From IMG/VR virus record IMGVR_UViG_2908567220_000007: 14,602 bases of DNA. The stretch is one strand, 5' to 3'. The DNA comes from a virus (Duplodnaviria > Heunggongvirae > Uroviricota > Caudoviricetes). A program made the translations under genes and the position numbers. Positions 13,361 through 14,602 of this stretch are shown piece after piece (the first letter of the stretch is position 1; the number at the start of each line of letters is the position of its first letter). The notes below the pieces were generated by a model. The model saw only the letters and a list, made by a program, of their open reading frames with translations. It did no database searches and was not told where the DNA came from.

Positions 13361-14602
13361 TTACACGGCACGGATACCCCTTTTACCACTGGCTATGGTC
13401 ACTCCGGTAGCTGCGGCCTCTACAAATTCCCCCCACCAGCGCATAAGCACCACGCGCTTTTCCAGGTAGTTACTTCGGTTATATGCTCGCCTTACCTCGT
13501 TTGTGTCCACGTGTGCGAGTGCGGCCTCGATTACGTCCGGCTCGAATCCTTCCTCGTTCGCTGCTGTACTGAATATGGCGCGTAATCCGTGAGACACCAG
13601 CACACCAGCGTAACCCATCCGGCGCAATGCGGCGTTAGCTGTCTGGCTGCTCATTGGCAGCATTGGATTTTTAAGGCTGGGAAAAACGTGTTCCCTGTGT
13701 GCGCTGATTGGCTTCATGGTTTCCAGTACAGCCATAGCCTGACCGCAAAGGGGGATCACGTGGTCACGGCGCATCTTCATGCGTCCGGCTGGAATCGTCC
13801 AGGTTTCGGCATCGAGATCTATTTCTTCCCAGCGTGCGGCGGCTGCTTCGGCTGGGCGTGCTACGGTCAGCAGTTGCCACTCAATCAGCAATCTGGTTTG
13901 CCGTTCTATGCTGGCGACCGATAAATCGTGCATTAGCTGCGGTAGCTGTTCCGGTCGGATGGTTGGCATGTGCTTTTTGGTGGGTGAGGGGAATGCCTTG
14001 CGGACGTTCGCGGCGGTGTTGATGTCAATCAGCCCACTGTTGGCAGCAAAATCCATCACTTCATTGATGCGTTGTAAAACGCGTTTCAGGGTTTCCAGGT
14101 TGCCGCGTGCTTTAATGGGTGTGAGTATCTCAACAAAGCGGCGAGCTGTGAGGGTATCTATTGGCGTGTTTCCGATGTACGGGAATACGTATTTTTCCAG
14201 GGATCGCCAGATATCCTTAATCGTGTTGTAAGCCAGATTCTGGCCTTTTTTCATCTCGTACCAGTCCGAGGCAACTTTTTCGAACGTGTTGCCCTTTTTC
14301 CGACTCTCTGCTTCACGTTTCCGGCGTTCGTGGTCCTGTGGGTCAACTCCCTTCGCTATGAGTGACCTGTATTCATTCCGTCGTTCTCTGGCATCGGACA
14401 GGGAAACATCATTCAGCGATCCGAGGCTGATGATAGTCCGTTTTTTATCTGCCGGGCGGTAGTACGTAAAACGCCAGATTTTTGATCCGGAGGGTTTCAC
14501 CAGAAGAAATAATCCTCCACCATCCTGCAGGGTGTATTCCTTTTCCCCTGGTCGTGCGTTTTTGATCTCCGTAATAGTTAGTGGGGTGGTTTTTCGTGCC
14601 AT
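13361..14602 (-). CDS. int: P4-type tyrosine integrase (site-specific recombinase, phage integrase family)
   Basis: 413 aa; N-terminal arm-binding-like region (MARKTTPLTITEIKNARPGEKEYTLQDGGGLFLLVKPSGSKIWRFTYY); C-terminal catalytic region with HGLR box and RRAYNRSNY tyrosine region. Start codon is the last three bases of the window. Confidence 0.95.
   Translation of the reverse strand: MARKTTPLTITEIKNARPGEKEYTLQDGGGLFLLVKPSGSKIWRFTYYRPADKKRTIISLGSLNDVSLSDARERRNEYRSLIAKGVDPQDHERRKREAESRKKGNTFEKVASDWYEMKKGQNLAYNTIKDIWRSLEKYVFPYIGNTPIDTLTARRFVEILTPIKARGNLETLKRVLQRINEVMDFAANSGLIDINTAANVRKAFPSPTKKHMPTIRPEQLPQLMHDLSVASIERQTRLLIEWQLLTVARPAEAAAARWEEIDLDAETWTIPAGRMKMRRDHVIPLCGQAMAVLETMKPISAHREHVFPSLKNPMLPMSSQTANAALRRMGYAGVLVSHGLRAIFSTAANEEGFEPDVIEAALAHVDTNEVRRAYNRSNYLEKRVVLMRWWGEFVEAAATGVTIASGKRGIRAV

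Overview
This window reads as an Enterobacteriaceae (E. coli-like) integrative element with the layout of a cos-type phage satellite (PICI / P4-like island). Reading leftward on the minus strand from the right edge: a P4-type tyrosine integrase (13361..14602, start codon at the window edge, so any tRNA/att site lies outside), a small ORF, an AlpA-family regulator, a divergent operator-rich control region, an operon of translationally coupled small ORFs ending in a RepA-like P-loop helicase (9244..10650), an iteron-like repeat array (putative ori), then a 257-aa protein, an SSB-like protein, a ProQ/FinO-domain protein and a PerC-family-like regulator. A complete IS66-family element (6512..9215, three ORFs, imperfect GTAA-initiated inverted repeats, 8-bp target duplication CGCTATCC) sits inside the iteron array. 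The left third (about 1126..4277) has almost no convincing genes but holds four sequences resembling the phage lambda cos site (cosQ-cosN, two with lambda-like cosB) arranged + + - -, one directly upstream of a Nu1-like small-terminase gene (3437..3985). A second PerC-like paralog and two unknown small genes lie at the far left. All identifications are from reading the ORF translations and DNA by eye; no database search was run, and the lambda comparison is from memory.
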